A stretch of DNA of 64,000 nucleotides from Octopus sinensis (Eukaryota), in assembly GCF_006345805.1 (NCBI RefSeq), contig NC_043004.1:59210001-59274000 (forward strand). The letters run 5' to 3'. The notes beneath the pieces were generated by a model. That model worked only from the letters and a program-made list of their open reading frames with translations, had not been told where the DNA came from and ran no database searches. A program made the position numbers and the translations under genes. Of the stretch, positions 13,911-27,800 are shown piece by piece (positions within the stretch are counted from its first letter, which is position 1; the number at the start of each line of letters is the position of its first letter).

Positions 13911-14866
13911 GCCTGTTCATCTCTAGTCTCGAGCTAACCGACTTCATTGTTTTGCACATGAAACGGAAAATATGGCTGGAAAAGAAATGCCTGTCGCAAA
14001 GTGTGCTTCGTAAAAATGGAAGTCTGTAGCAAGTACGTCACGAGTGACATATATATATATATACAGAGAGAGAGAGACAGACTGACAGAGGCAGAAGCTT
14101 CATTTCATGGAGAGAGCGAGTAAGTGAAAGACAAAGAGAGAAAGAGATATACCGAGAGACAAAACGTCTGAGATTTTAAATGTCAACATATTTACTTGTG
14201 AAAGTTGTATGTTGGAACATTTTGTCTCGAAATTAATTTTTTGTTTATTATTATTTCAACAACAGATTTCAAAGTTTCAAAATTTCGCTTCCTGTTGTGA
14301 CTATTGCGCAAACATAATCTCATAACACTATAAAAAAAATGTCATTATTGCTGCAAGTAAAATTCTTTGCTACAACTACTGACTTATTGCCAGAAGCAAA
14401 ATATACAGTCCCAAAACCTAACACTTCTGCTGTGTCCCATGCTTTCCATCCGCCATGGATTGTTTTAAGAGCACAGACTGGATCACAAAACCATTCTTTT
14501 TTCTTTTCCGTTCAGTTACACTGATTCCATTGCTACTTCTTCAGCGAACCAATCTTAGCAGTGAATTATAGAATTTCTTTGGATATTGCAATATTGATTC
14601 ATTTTACATTGGTCAAGCAGTAAATTGCAGTAGGTTACGCAATCTCTATATTTCTATGTGAAGTATAAGCAAATAGTCTTACAAGATGACACAATGTTTA
14701 TGGCACTAGAACAAAAACAACAATGAGGAAAAGTGGTACGTATGTACGTACGTACATATGCATGTATGTAAATATATATGCTTACATGTATGCATATATG
14801 TATGAATGTATGTATGTACATATGTGACTGTGCGTGCGCGTATATGTGTATTCATATATATATGTA

Positions 14867-14991
<125 letters not shown>

Positions 14992-15290
14992 GTGGAGGCG
15001 CAATGACCCAGTGGTTAGGGCAGCGGACTTACGGTTGTAGGATAACGGTTTCGATTCCCAGACCGGGCGTTGAGTGTGTTTATTGAGCGAAAACACCTAA
15101 AGCTCCACGAGACTCCAGCAATGGATGGTGGCGATCCCTGCTGTACTCTTTCGCCACAACTTTCTCTCACTCTTTCCTCTGTTGGCCTGCTCGCTTAGCC
15201 AGCGGGGTAGCGTCATTTGAAGGCTAAAACATTGTGAGCAGCGATGTGGAGCAACATCTGATAGCCTGGTCGGTCACGGTGTTCACGGTG
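14992..15290 (+). mobile_element. SINE family B (tail type 3)
   Basis: Head and core near-identical to the 13115-13470 copy up to ctcactct, then an unrelated tail. Confidence 0.8.
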
Positions 15291-15334
15291 ATATATACTA
15301 TATAAACAAACGTACAAACGCATATGTGTGTATG

Positions 15335-15366
<32 letters not shown>

Positions 15367-15389
15367 ATATATAATATATATATATATAC

Positions 15390-15438
<49 letters not shown>

Positions 15439-15873
15439 ATATATATATACGTGTGTGCGTGTGTGTGCGAGCGTCTAAATATATATATATATATTAAATA
15501 ATGAGGGAGATAAATTGAATATTAATTTAATTAATATCAATTTAAAACCAGTAGCCTAGCATATATTCTCATCTGTCTTGCCCGCTTATGTTCTGGTGTT
15601 TGCTGAATTTCTCTAGAGAACATTCTTTTCTTTTAGTTAAATCGTATGTGATCTTCTTCTAGCATATTGGTTATCCACCTAATGGATATCCCCAAATATA
15701 CATATACATACATACATACATACATACATACATACATACATACATACACGCATATATATATATCTTTCTGTGTTCCTTTCTGTTGAAGAGCGTATACTAA
15801 TACATCTGTTTTTGTCTACACCACCTGTCTTCGTCTTTTGTATTTTCTATTGTGAATTCTCTCTCTCTTTCTG

Positions 15874-15962
<89 letters not shown>

Positions 15963-16529
15963 TATATATAATATATATATATATATAATATATATATATA
16001 ATATATATATAAAGAATCTTTGATCCTATATATTTCGGTCATTGAACTGCGGATATACTGAGTCACCGCATAGAAGATTTTAGTCGAAGCATCGACCCAA
16101 CTGCATATATTTTATATCTGGTAATTATTCAATCGAGGTTTGTTCAACGACAAAGAAATCAAACCAACATCGGTTCCAAAGCAGTGGCAGGACACAACAA
16201 CATGAACACAACACAGCACAAGTACATACTCACATATGGATACATACATAAATGCATACATACATACATACATACATACATACATACATACATACATACA
16301 TACATACATACATACACACACATAGACGCATAGATATATACGAATAAGTGGCTGTTCGAGGTTTACAATTACCCAATCTCCTCACACTGCCTTAATCGAC
16401 CCGGTGTTATAATGAGACAGCTGGGCATGGCACTGCACAAGAACATTCAACCCGAAGCCATATGATAGGGAAGCAAGCTTCTTCACTGCACATATAAATG
16501 TGAAACTTCTATATGCTTATGTAACTGAA

Positions 16530-16559
<30 letters not shown>

Positions 16560-16560
<1 letters not shown>

Positions 16561-16742
16561 CTTTTACTCTTTTACCTGTTTCAGTCATTTGACTGCGGCC
16601 ATGCTGGAGCACCGCCTTTAGTCGAGCAAATCGACCCCGGGACTTATTCTTTGTAAGCCCAGTACTTATTCTATCGGTCTCTTTTGCTGAACCGCTAAGT
16701 GAGGTTGTCAAGCAATGCTAGGGGGCAAACACAGACATACAA

Positions 16743-16829
<87 letters not shown>

Positions 16830-17009
16830 ATATATATACATATATACGACGGGCTTCTTTCAGTTTCTGTCTACCAAATCCACTCACAAAGCATTAATCG
16901 GCCCGAAGCTATAGCAGAAGACACTCGCCACAGATGCCACGCAGTGGAACTGAACCCGGAACCACGTGGTTGGTAAGCAAGCTACATACCACACAGCCAC
17001 TCCTGCGCT
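16560..17009 (-). mobile_element. SINE family A
   Basis: Full reverse copy. Confidence 0.85.
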
Positions 17010-17062
<53 letters not shown>

Positions 17063-17088
17063 GATATATATATATATATATAATATAT

Positions 17089-17143
<55 letters not shown>

Positions 17144-17154
17144 ATATATATATA

Positions 17155-17795
17155 TAGCTGAAGAAATTTCTTTAGCTGCTATTTCTAATGAGTTCAGTAT
17201 GTGGCAAAGTAATTTATTTTACTAAGCCCTTATATATAATGTAATATTTTGAATTCGCCTAAAATGGTCCCTTTACATACTGAATATTTGGTGAAATTGA
17301 TTAATAATTAATTAATTTTACCCTCAATTGTTGAAATTATAATTCATCTCTCTCTGTTAAATGCTGCGGTTTTCACCGTTAATACATGGTGTTTGTCAAT
17401 TTTAACCCACGCTGGTGGAAAGGGGAGAGCAGAAATTCTTCGCTTGCATATTCGAATTTGATAGCACTTTTAGTTCGAGCAGAATTCTAGAGCTGATAAG
17501 AAGCCGAAAGGGTATGCTCCCAACTTTCAGTGTTCCCAAATCCGATTCAAGGAATTCTGAGCTGACGAAAGAAATGTCGAATTGACTAATCTAGAAACGT
17601 ACGTTCTCAAATAACCTTTGCACTTGATTTTTTAATGTTTTTTCCCCCATACCTTTGTGAGTTGGTCTAGGCAAACACTATCTGAGAGAGATCTTCTTTA
17701 AGTATTAGAAATAGCTGAAAAAATTTCTTTAGCTGCTATTTCTAATGAGTTCAGTATGTGGCAAAGTAATTTATTTTACTAAGCCCTTATATATA
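17155..17795 (+). mobile_element. ~557-bp-unit hammerhead element (family H2), 1.15 units, flanked by (TA)n on both sides
   Basis: gctgaa.aaatttctttagctgct at 17157 repeats at 17714; homologous to 42755-45090. Confidence 0.8.
17558..17609 (+). ncRNA. Type I hammerhead motif (family H2)
   Basis: tgag-CTGACGA-a-aga..gtc(gaatt)gac..tct-a-GAAA-cgtacg-TT-ctca; stem III palindrome ACGTACGT. Confidence 0.7.
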
Positions 17796-17823
17796 ATGTT
17801 ATATATACATATATATATATATA

Positions 17824-17854
<31 letters not shown>

Positions 17855-17858
17855 CATT

Positions 17859-17902
<44 letters not shown>

Positions 17903-18603
17903 CATATATATATAAATACATATACATATACATATATGCATATGTATATATATATGTATATATATACATATATATATATATACGGACATACATACACTTA
18001 TATATATATACGTACACACATACACACACACACATATATGTATATATATATATCTACAGATAAATAGAGAGAGAGAGAAAGAACGAGGGGGTGATAAACT
18101 GATCGATAGATACAGATATAAATAGATATAGGTATATGGGTTCCACAAAGAAAAGACATATATGTGTATGTGTATGTGTTTGTGCATATATATGTATATA
18201 TATGCAAATGTGAATTTGTGTGGTCTCTATATATATGTATATATATATTTCTGTGTATGTATGGATATTTGTATTTGTGTGGAGCGTATGCATGTTATTA
18301 ACAAATGACAAATACGTTTATTCTATCAACGTTCTTCGCTGAAATATTTATGATATGTGTTTTACATTCAAAGTTTTTTCAGTGACAGCTTGTAGCTTTT
18401 GTTTTTAAATCAATTTAATTTGCAGTGAGTTGATATCTAGGAAACAGAATAAATTAATTTTTTTGTTTTACATGGAATAAGTTTTATACCACTTTTGCAT
18501 GCAACTGCTCCATAATAAATAAAGAGTCTGTTTTCAAATTCACGCGTTTTTTTTATAAATTCACCAGGTTTTTATAAATAGACTGAGACACAGAGACAGA
18601 GAC

Positions 18604-18680
<77 letters not shown>

Positions 18681-18739
18681 CATACATACATGCATACATA
18701 CATTTGACAATTGTAATAATATCGATATGAAAAGCAGCC

Positions 18740-19330
18740 GTTATTGGACACGTGACTGCTATGTTACATCACACATCGGAGGCTCTCCATTTGTAATCGA
18801 AGAGCAGTATACTGCTTCAGAATATCTAATATACCAGAGACAGTGATTTTGTCACATATCTGTCGAAGAATTCATACTCGTGATCAGTATTCTACTGGTA
18901 GAAATGTCATCAAGCTACTACCTCCGTCGCCACGCGTCGTAGTGGCTAGATCAAGAAACAATGCCATCCGAAATGAAACTGTGTTTTGATAAATACGAAC
19001 CAAACTTCTGTTATTGCATACTTATATACATACACATAAGCACAAGGAATACTGTCGGAAAAATTCCATCAAAACTTATACCATGTGCAAATATAACAGG
19101 GCAGTTATCATTGTTTGGGACAGACAGGAAAAAGTATGTGCCGTTAGAGAGATCAACTGCCCTGCTGATATGAATATCTCATCAAAAACAAAGGAGGATA
19201 TCTGTGGAGAACTGCTTCAAAATCTCTAGTTTTTATACCTAGATAAGAAAACACATTTATACCATTAATAATTGGCGCACATTGCACTGTAAGTAAATGT
19301 TCAATTTACAATCTGTCATGGTCAATGCAA
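18740..19330 (+). mobile_element. Old RLE-type LINE 3' remnant
   Basis: CKYNRAVIIVWDRQEKVCAVREINCPADMNIS resembles a decayed NRPD-I-VWD..E-I-S-C-P endonuclease region. Confidence 0.6.
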
Positions 19331-19568
19331 CGATCACACGCGACACATCTTCCTTCCTAGCATTGTTGTATACAGCGGAAATGAGCAAGAAGGTAAAAAC
19401 TTAATGCGCTCGCATAGCAAAGTACACGGTCAATCTTTGACCGAGCGATTTCCTTCTGCAGCCCGGTTACGTATTGGTTAGACCTCGTATAAGTATGTAT
19501 ATTGATGTATACGTATATATCTTTCTCTTTATACCTATAAACGCATACATATATATGTATCAGTACAA

Positions 19569-19625
<57 letters not shown>

Positions 19626-19637
19626 TATATAATCAAC

Positions 19638-19813
19638 AGGTGCAGGAGCGGTTGTGTGGTAAGTAGCTTGCTAACCAACCACATGGTTCAGGGTTCAGTC
19701 CCACTGCGTGGCATCTTGGGCAAGTGTCTTCTGCTATAGCCCCGGGCCGACCAATGCCTTGTGAGTGGATTTGGTAGACGGAAACTGAAAGAAGCCTGTC
19801 GTATATATGTATG

Positions 19814-19844
<31 letters not shown>

Positions 19845-20060
19845 ATGTGTTTGTGTGTCTGTGTTTGTCCCCCTAGCATTGCTTGACAACCGATGCTGGT
19901 GTGTTTATGTCCCCGTCACTTAGCGGTTCGGCAAAAGAGACCGATAGAATAAGTACTGGGCTCACAAAGAATAAGTCCCGGGGTCGATTTGCCCGACTAA
20001 AAGGCGGTGCTCCAGCATGGCCGCAGTCAAATGACTGAAACAAGTAAAAGAGAGAAAAGA
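19638..20060 (+). mobile_element. SINE family A
   Basis: Full copy. Confidence 0.85.
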
Positions 20061-20259
20061 GAGAGAGATGAAATCCATGATGTTCAGCATAGAAAACATT
20101 TATATAAATATTTATATAAGATGTTATTTTTGATGTATGTATACACGTGGAATAACAAAAAGGCATAATTATACATGAAAGGTATGTTCAGGTGCAATAC
20201 GTACAGCTGAGACTTCCATGGCGCTGCAGGAAAAATATGCTGAAAGAGAATTCCTAATA

Positions 20260-20311
20260 ATAAGGTTAAAGATAACGATGACTATGACAATAATAATAAT
20301 AATAATAATAA

Positions 20312-20350
<39 letters not shown>

Positions 20351-20405
20351 GAGTAGTAGTAATAATAATAATAATAATAATAATAAAAATGTTAATAATA
20401 ATAAC

Positions 20406-20440
<35 letters not shown>

Positions 20441-20503
20441 TGTTAATAATAATAACGTTAATAATAATAATAATAATAATAAAAGTACTAGTAATAGTAG
20501 TAT

Positions 20504-20535
<32 letters not shown>

Positions 20536-20704
20536 ATAGTAGTAGAAGTAGTAGTAGTAATAGTAATAATAATAATAATAATAATAACGTTAATAATAAT
20601 AATAATAATACTAGTAGTAGTAGTAGTAGTAGTAGTAATAATAATAATAATAATAAAAATGTTAATAATAATAACGTTAATAATAATAATAATAATAATA
20701 ATAC

Positions 20705-20776
<72 letters not shown>

Positions 20777-20787
20777 AAGTAGTAGTA

Positions 20788-20845
<58 letters not shown>

Positions 20846-20875
20846 TGATCCCGATGATAATAATAATAATATAAT
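20260..20875. repeat. Compound (TAA)n/(TAG)n microsatellite with recurrent aaaatgttaataataataacgtta block
   Basis: Seen directly; ORFs 20218..20874 and 20282..20917 are its translation. Confidence 0.9.
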
Positions 20876-21576
20876 ATGAAAGTACTTAAAAACTGTACTG
20901 AACATAAGAAGGATCAAGAAATGTGTAAAAGATTAAAGATCAACGATTTTGAGGTATATCTAGATGAAACAGAAAATTCCACTGCAATAGCAAGTCCTTT
21001 AAATACAGTGCAGATCAAATGACATCTCAGAGCTGCAAAATAGATGGAAAAGTAAGACATCGCATGGTAAATATCCTAAAAGGGCTAGTGATTCTGAGGT
21101 TGATACAAATATGGTCCGCTAATCATTGGCTGCATCTGGACTTGAATAAGGAATGAAAGGTTTCATAACAGCACCCGAAGTTCAGTGAAACTAGCAGTGT
21201 TCTGCGGCTTTTATAGTGCTATCAGAGAAACTATTGATTACCTCACATCTGGACGTTGCCAAGCGACTTCCTTCTGCAGCCCGGTTGCGTATTGATCATA
21301 CCTCGTATAAGTTTGAATATGGATGTATACGTATATATCTATCTCTTTTTACCTATAAACATATGAGGAAGAATTCGTGGGAACAAGAGGCTGCAAAAGA
21401 AGTAAAAAAAATAAATATATTACCGTTCCTTGGGACTTTAGCATTCAAACTATTACGGACAACAGACCAGATATTGTGGCAAAAGTCCAGTTAACAAATA
21501 ATGTCTGCCCATAAGTATGTCAACCTCAGCAGATTGCAATGCTTCTATAAAGACATTTGAGAAGTTAGGTAAACAT

Positions 21577-21743
21577 AGGGAGTGGCTATGTGGTAAGTAG
21601 CTTGTTTACCAACCACATGGTTCCGGGTTCAGTCCCACTGCGTGGCACCTTGGGCAAATGTCTTCTACTATAGCCTCGGGCCGACCAAAGCCTTGTGAGT
21701 GGATTTGGTAGACAGAACCTGAAAGAAGCCCGTCGTATATATA

Positions 21744-21790
<47 letters not shown>

Positions 21791-22020
21791 ATATATATGT
21801 GCGTGTATGTTTGTGTGTCTGTGTTTGTCCCCCTAGCATTGCTTGACAACCGATGCTTGTGTGTTTATGTCCCCGTCACTTAGCTGTTCGGCAAAAGAAA
21901 CCGATAGAATAAGTACTGGGCTTACAAAGAATAAGTCCCCGGGTCGAGTTGCTCGACTAAAGGCGGTGCTCCAGCATGGCCGCAGTCAAAATGACTGAAA
22001 CAAGTAAAAGAGTAAAGAGT
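21577..22020 (+). mobile_element. SINE family A
   Basis: Full copy. Confidence 0.85.
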
Positions 22021-22210
22021 ATAGAGGCCTTGACATCGACGCCTCAAAAACCTGGAATCTAAGAACAGCATCTGTATCTGCGAACATAAAATCTTTGGAG
22101 ACAATATCAAATGACTGTATAAAAAATTTCATGAAACCCCAAAGTATTAGAACTACAAAAATTATTCTCAAGGGCACTGCCCACATTCTAAGAAAAACAT
22201 TTCCTTAAAA
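22021..22210 (+). mobile_element. Old R4/Dong-like 3' remnant
   Basis: Ends in aagggcactgcccacattctaagaaaaac (GTAHILRK). Confidence 0.55.
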
Positions 22211-22648
22211 ATACCTAGTTGTTTTAAAACTATTTCAAAATAGAAATGCTACAAATTTATTTCTTTGATACTGGTCCCTTCCCATAAAAAATCATTGTTA
22301 ATCACTAATAACACCTATAATAAAACACCCAACTTACTGCTACTTGACGATTTGGGTAAGACTTGGAATAGCTCATATAAAACAAGTAAGAACACTGTAA
22401 TTAACAAGAGCAAAAACAACAGCATTAATAATAACAGTGATAATGATAATGATAATACCACAGCGAAAACGAAGTAGCATGAACGTGTGACAGCGAGTTG
22501 CCGGGAACATAGATCCAATGTGAAACAACCAGAAAGCAGGAATTAAGAATTCGCAAAAACAATATTTTAATATTTCAATATTTAAACAATATATTAAACA
22601 ATATTTCACCACAGGAAACAGAAAGCTTTTTCTTATATGGAGTGTAAT

Positions 22649-23941
22649 CGAGGGACGTTCAATAAGTAATGCCTTTGACCCACTTGCAGTTGTTTGATCG
22701 AGCGGAAATTTTGCATGTGCAATCCTTTATATCTCTATAGAGTAAGTGGCAATTACAGCTCTGAATTAATTATGGTTTCTGATTTACAGGTGTTTGAACC
22801 GAGTCAAGTGTGAAATGGAGCCTGTTGAGTGTCGAGCAGTGATCCGGTTTTTGTATTTGAAAGGACGCACGCCACGGGAGACTTTTGATGAAATGAAAGT
22901 AACTTATGGTGATGATGCCCCATCATATGACCTTGTAAAACGCTGGCATCGTGAATTCAAACATGGTCGGAACTCTGTGGAGACAGCTCCCAGATCTGGT
23001 CGCCCCCTGCTGCCATTGATGAGGCATCTGTCCGTCAAGTTGAGGCTGCCATTTTGGAAGATCGACGCATAATTATTCGCCAAATAGCCCATGAGGTCAA
23101 GATTAGTACCGGGTCTGTGGAAACTATCATTCATGACCATTTGCATATGCAAAAGGTGTCTACCAGATGGATTCCCAGGTTGCTCACGCCTTTCCAGAAG
23201 CAAGGACGCGTCGAGTGCTCGAGGGTGAATTTGGAGATGTGCCAAGAAGATGAGTCAAAATTTTTCAAAAGACTGATTACACAGGATGAAACCTGGGTCC
23301 ATCACGATGATCCAGAGACCAAAGCCCAGTCAATGCAGTGGAAGCACCGTGACTCACCCCCTCCAAAGAAGGCAAGGGTGCAGCCCTCCGCTGGCAAGGT
23401 CATGCTCACAGTCTTCTGGGACCAGGACGGAGTAGTGATGACAGATTTCCTGGCAAAGGGTACCACAATTGCAGAAGCCTATTATGCTTCACTTTTGAGG
23501 AAATTAAGAGAAGTTATCAAAATCAAGAGGCGGGGCAAGATCAGCAAAGGCATCCTCCTCCTGCAGGACAACGCTCCGGTCCACAACTCGCTTGTCGCCA
23601 GATCAGAAGCACAGGCGTATGGCCATGAACTCCTCCCCACCCCCCTACTTTCCTGACCTTGCACCCTCTGATTTTCACCTCTTCCCAATCATGAAGTTGT
23701 TTTTGAAAGGAAAGCGTTTCCCAGATGATGCAGCCTTGATTTCTGAAGTCACGTTGAGGTTGGAGGACCAAGCTGGGTTCTTCTACAAAAACGGTCTCCA
23801 GAGCCGCATCAAACGATGGGAGAAATGAATGCGTAACACTGGGTGGTTCCTATGTAGAAAAAGACTAATAACTGTGCCAAGTTCCGTTGCTCTACTGCTA
23901 TGGGAAGTGGGTCAGGGGCATTACTTATTGAACGCCCCTCG
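22649..23941 (+). mobile_element. mariner (DD34D-type) transposon, full length with TIRs
   Basis: TIRs cgagggacgttcaataagtaatgcc / ggcattacttattgaacgcccctcg; TA at 23942-43; 1293 bp. Confidence 0.92.
22815..23870 (+). pseudogene. mariner transposase with frameshifts near 23005 and 23640
   Basis: MEPVECRAVIRFL..., WIPRLL, ITQDETWVHH, LLQDNAPVH, YFPDLAPSDF split over three ORFs. Confidence 0.9.
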
Positions 23942-24989
23942 TATATATATATATATATTAATTCATGAAAGAATATAAGGATAAAAATCACGTCAATGAT
24001 AGTCGTCAAGTAGTCAGCATGCTATAAAAAGTTTTATTGGCCATTAATGCATTAAATTAATAATAATGTACATATGTAAATAATAGCATGCTGGAAACAG
24101 GTCGTTTTCGCCCTAGCACCCTTGATATATATATATATTTATATATATATATATATATATATTTATAATATCTTTCCTCAGATATGCTGCCACAGCAACA
24201 CGTGCGTGAAAATATAAACACATGGATTGTAATATTTCCACACGAAAACTTCAAACGTGTGAGCAAGATTTGAAATTTGAAATTTTAATTACATATACAT
24301 CCATATTCATACAAGACCCCTCTATTTATGCCCATTGCTGTTTCTTCTTCGTTTCTCGTTTATAAAGCAATAATAATTATATATACGAAAGGAACATCAA
24401 CTCATGTCCATGGGCGGTGTTCTGTCAAAAAGTAAACGTTGTAAAGATGCACCCGTAACACAACCAACCAAAAAAGAAAGAACGATAGACAGATAACCAC
24501 GGATATTATGAAATTATTGATTTATGAAGAATTACAGAAACTACTATGCAACACTCTTCCAAAAACACACAGGAATAAACTCATACACGAACTACCCAAC
24601 AAAAAGAACAAAGCCCACAACATGAGCCATAGAAGTCCGATACCCAACAGAAGAACACAACCTGCGCTGCACAAACAACACACAATAAAAAAACTAATGC
24701 AACAGAAGACTCAAACCAAACCCCATAACAAAACATAATGATGTAATACAATATCCCCCCCACACCGCAAAAAAGTGTAGAACACCCCACTCCACCAGCA
24801 CAAAGGTGCAACAAATGATGCAATAGAAAGTTGCTTGAAACTATCAGATGTCGAAAAATAATATTCGGGATGACGCTGGGGATGAACGTTAGCATACCTC
24901 AGTTGATAGAAGAAGCACGAGTTTCCGAAGAACTCTAGTTGTAACAGTAAAAGTGAAGCTAGACATTTAAGGGAAGGCCTCTCGCTCGG

Positions 24990-27600
24990 CAGTGGTTAAG
25001 TAAAGATGCAGACTGACCACAGCTTTTATTCTAATACAGCATCAGCGGATGATAGAGTATGAAAGAGGAAGTGGACCAGCGAAGAAAACAGGATAGTGAT
25101 GCAGTGCTACTCAGAAAGTGAAGCTAAAAGAAGGGGCTATAGAAAACGGATGTTACCACTTTGGGTAGAGAAGTCTATGTTTAAAATGACTGAGCAGAGA
25201 TTAGCAGATTAAGCTAATGCTATTAGGAGAAGAAAGTGGATGACAGAGCAGGAGGTGGAAGGGAGCACAGGAGAACTGGAAAAGAAAGACCAGGCAGTAG
25301 GAAAGACAAACAGTAGCTCAAAACAAAGAAGAACCTAAAAGAAAAAATAATGATAGCGCTACCAATAAGGAAGGGCCAACTGGTACCAGCGACTTAAGTG
25401 ATTTAATTGAGGAAGCTCAGAAGATTTTAGATGAGTTGCAGGAAGTAATGAGAAAAGAAGTAAGAGAAAGATTGCCAGCATTAAAAGACATCAACAGAAG
25501 GAAGCTGCTAGAAATGACTAGGAAAGAGGATTCTGTTACCAGTAGGATAGATACTAAAATATAGGAGACACTAACTTATTGATCTATGCAGGAGGGGCAG
25601 TAGTTACTAGGAGATTAGATATCTCACAGGGATTGATTAAAAAAGAGCAAATGCAGAAAAGGAGACTACAAAATAATGTGAAGACTTTCAAACAAGGTCT
25701 GAGTAGAATAGAAGCCTGGAAATTGAAGAAGTTAAGCAACACAGGAAGCAAATCTTTTCTTGAAAAAAAAAATACTTAGTCAACGAGAAAAGATTTGGGA
25801 CAGCCATGGAAGAGTTGAAACAGCGTATCATAGCAGCAGCAGGTAAGCTCTTCAGATATCAGAAAAGAATAGGACAGTATCAGCATAATAGATTATTTGA
25901 GACAGACCAGAGGAAATTTCATAACCAAATAAATAGTGGAGAACGAAGAACCGAATATGAGGAACTTAGGCTGAGGAACAACTTCAGGATTGCTTTAATT
26001 GGAGGAACAATACCAGATTGGATGACTAGAGGGAGGACAATGCACTTTATGAAATATGAGAGCAAGAATAATACAGCTAGAAATTATAGACCAATCATTT
26101 GCTTACCATTAGTGTGGAAGCTGTTAACAGGAAGGCTTTCAGAAAGCGTTTATGAGCACCTTGACAACCAGAATTTACTGCCAGAAGAACAGAAAGGATG
26201 CCAGAAGAGGCTAGCAGTATCATAATCTATTATACATAGACAAAGCAGTTCTAAATGAAGTAAAATTTAGAAAGATCTAACAATAGAATGGATAGATTAT
26301 AGAAAAGCCTATGACATGATCCCACACTCATAGATAAGTGAAAGTTTTAGTATATTGAGTATAGCAGACAATATTAGACCTTTTATTAGCTTTAGCATCA
26401 AGAAATAGAAAGTAGATCTCTACACAGGTGACACACTCTTAGGGAAATTTAATATCAAAAGATATCGTTGTCCCCTTTAATATTTGTCTTATGTTTGATC
26501 CCACTCAGTTCAGTATTAAGGAAGGCAAAGGCAGTAATGAAAATATTATCCATTTGCTCTACATGGATGCTCTGAAGCTTTTTAGTAAGAATGAAAAAGA
26601 GACAGATTCCTTAATACAGACTGTAAGACTTAGAGCAAAGATTTATGCATGAAATTTGGCATAGATATGTGTGCAATATTAGTCATGAGAAGGGGACAGG
26701 TAGTCAACAGCGAAGACATCCAATTACCAGATGGCTAGACATTAAAATTATTGAAAAGATGAGAGAGTTATAAGTATCTAGGAGTATCAAAATCTGACAG
26801 AGTACTAACTATAGAAATGAAAACGAAAATTGAGAAGGAGTGTATCAGAAGAGAGAGGAAGCTAATGAAATCAAATCTAAATTAAATCTTCAATGTAGTG
26901 AGACATGGTTATACTTGAAGTAAGGAAAGCTGAAGAGAGAGACAGAAAGTTTCTTAGTTGCTGCGCAATATTAATCATTAATGACTAATTGGATAAAAAC
27001 CTAGATGGACAAAAACCAAGTAGATTCCCAATGTAGATTATGCAAAACAATAAAAAGGAAAGTGTTACTCATATAGTAAGTGAATGTAGTATGCTATGCT
27101 AACACAGATAGAATACAAGACAATATATGACAACCTAGGGAGAGTAATCCACTGGGAGTTATGTAGAAAGCTAGAATTTGTACATACTGATAAATAGTAT
27201 GAACAGTAACCTAGTAAAGTACTAGAAAGTAAAAAATGTAAGATATTCAGAGTAACAGAGTAATAGAGGCTAGAAGAACTGATTGAGTAGTAGTAGATAC
27301 AAAGAATGGAAAATGCCAGATAGTTGACTTTAAAATCTTATATGAGAAAAAATCAATATGAGAGGCATAGAAAAATACCAAAGTACCGGGGTCTTGCCAT
27401 TGAATTACAGGGAATATGTAAATTGCTGGCAAAATGATCCCAATAGTTACAGGTGCATTGGGAACCATCCTTAAAGATTTGAACAAGAAATAGGCATAAA
27501 AACCTAGTTTAGTGCAACTTCAGAAAACAATGTTATTAGGGGACAGCTTGGATACTAAGGAAGGTTCTTGGTATCTAAAGTTACTTGTTGTAGCCCGATG
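24990..27600 (+). mobile_element. Old, near-full-length R4/Dong-like LINE with many stops and deletions
   Basis: N-terminal KWTSEENRIVMQCY..RGYRKRM; RNYRPIICLPLVWKLLTG; LLPEEQKGC; YMDALKLF; terminal GALGTI; followed by TAA/GAT repeats. Confidence 0.8.
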
Positions 27601-27654
27601 TCAGGATTTTTTCTTTTCCAAAAGTCTAATCTGTTGTGTGTATGTGAATACTAA

Positions 27655-27800
27655 TAATAATAAGTAATAATAATGATGATGATGATGGTGACGACGACGA
27701 TGATGAAGATGAAGATGAGGATGACAATAATAACGGTGATGAGGATGATGATGACGATGACGATATTGATGATGTTGCTGATGATGAGGATGATGATGAC
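27655..27800. repeat. (TAA)/(GAT)/(GAC) microsatellite
   Basis: Seen directly. Confidence 0.9.

Noticed and set aside
14339-14524. 61-aa ORF and its open antisense frame as an exon
   Set aside because: No motif or convincing splice sites; length is within chance expectation.
15765-15810. Hammerhead at ctgttgaagagcgta
   Set aside because: Non-canonical core and no GAAA or stem III downstream.
20218-20917. Long poly-I/V/L ORFs (also 8542-8906, 41222-41618, 54974-55483, 59167-59861 and all YI-repeat ORFs)
   Set aside because: Pure translations of microsatellites; no coding evidence.
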